A stretch of 64,000 bases of DNA from the NCBI GenBank assembly GCA_964016885.1, contig OZ024743.1, forward strand, positions 224,564,001 through 224,628,000, written 5' to 3'. Position numbers and translations under genes: made by a program. This document shows positions 63,962-64,000 of this stretch, piece by piece. The stretch is from Eledone cirrhosa. Lineage: Eukaryota. The notes beneath the pieces are model-generated. The model saw only the letters and a list, made by a program, of their open reading frames with translations. It made no database searches and was not told the origin of the DNA. The first letter of the stretch is position 1. Each line of letters starts with the position of its first letter.

Positions 63962-64000
63962 ATGGCCAGTGGATTGGCAGTATCGGTAGAGGGTCGGACG

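Overview
AT-rich, microsatellite-saturated animal DNA, intergenic or intronic. The SINE, LINE and Penelope repertoire suggests a cephalopod such as octopus (inference). No host protein-coding exon can be supported, and almost all ORF-track entries are translations of (TA)n, (CA)n, (CT)n or trinucleotide repeats. Recognisable coding sequence belongs only to retroelements: two 5'-truncated Penelope-like elements (PLEs; RT plus C-terminal GIY-YIG) at ~31353-35124 and ~61040-63644, a frameshifted RTE-type LINE with a PHD-like finger (37987-41025), and decayed R4/Dong-type and RTE fragments. There are also about 30 copies of three tRNA-derived SINE families, hAT MITEs with 8-bp TSDs, two complete non-autonomous Helitrons, and several minisatellites. 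The main hidden signal is more than 15 minimal type-I hammerhead ribozyme (HHR) motifs from several unrelated short-element families, nearly all embedded in (TA)n tracts. Many are head-to-head fold-backs carrying an HHR on each strand. In at least six independent insertions the shorter arm stops 0-8 nt before a shared ACTC...GAGT(G/A)CT hairpin, which points to a defined cis-signal for inverted PLE pseudo-LTR formation. All structures were read by eye; nothing was computed or searched.
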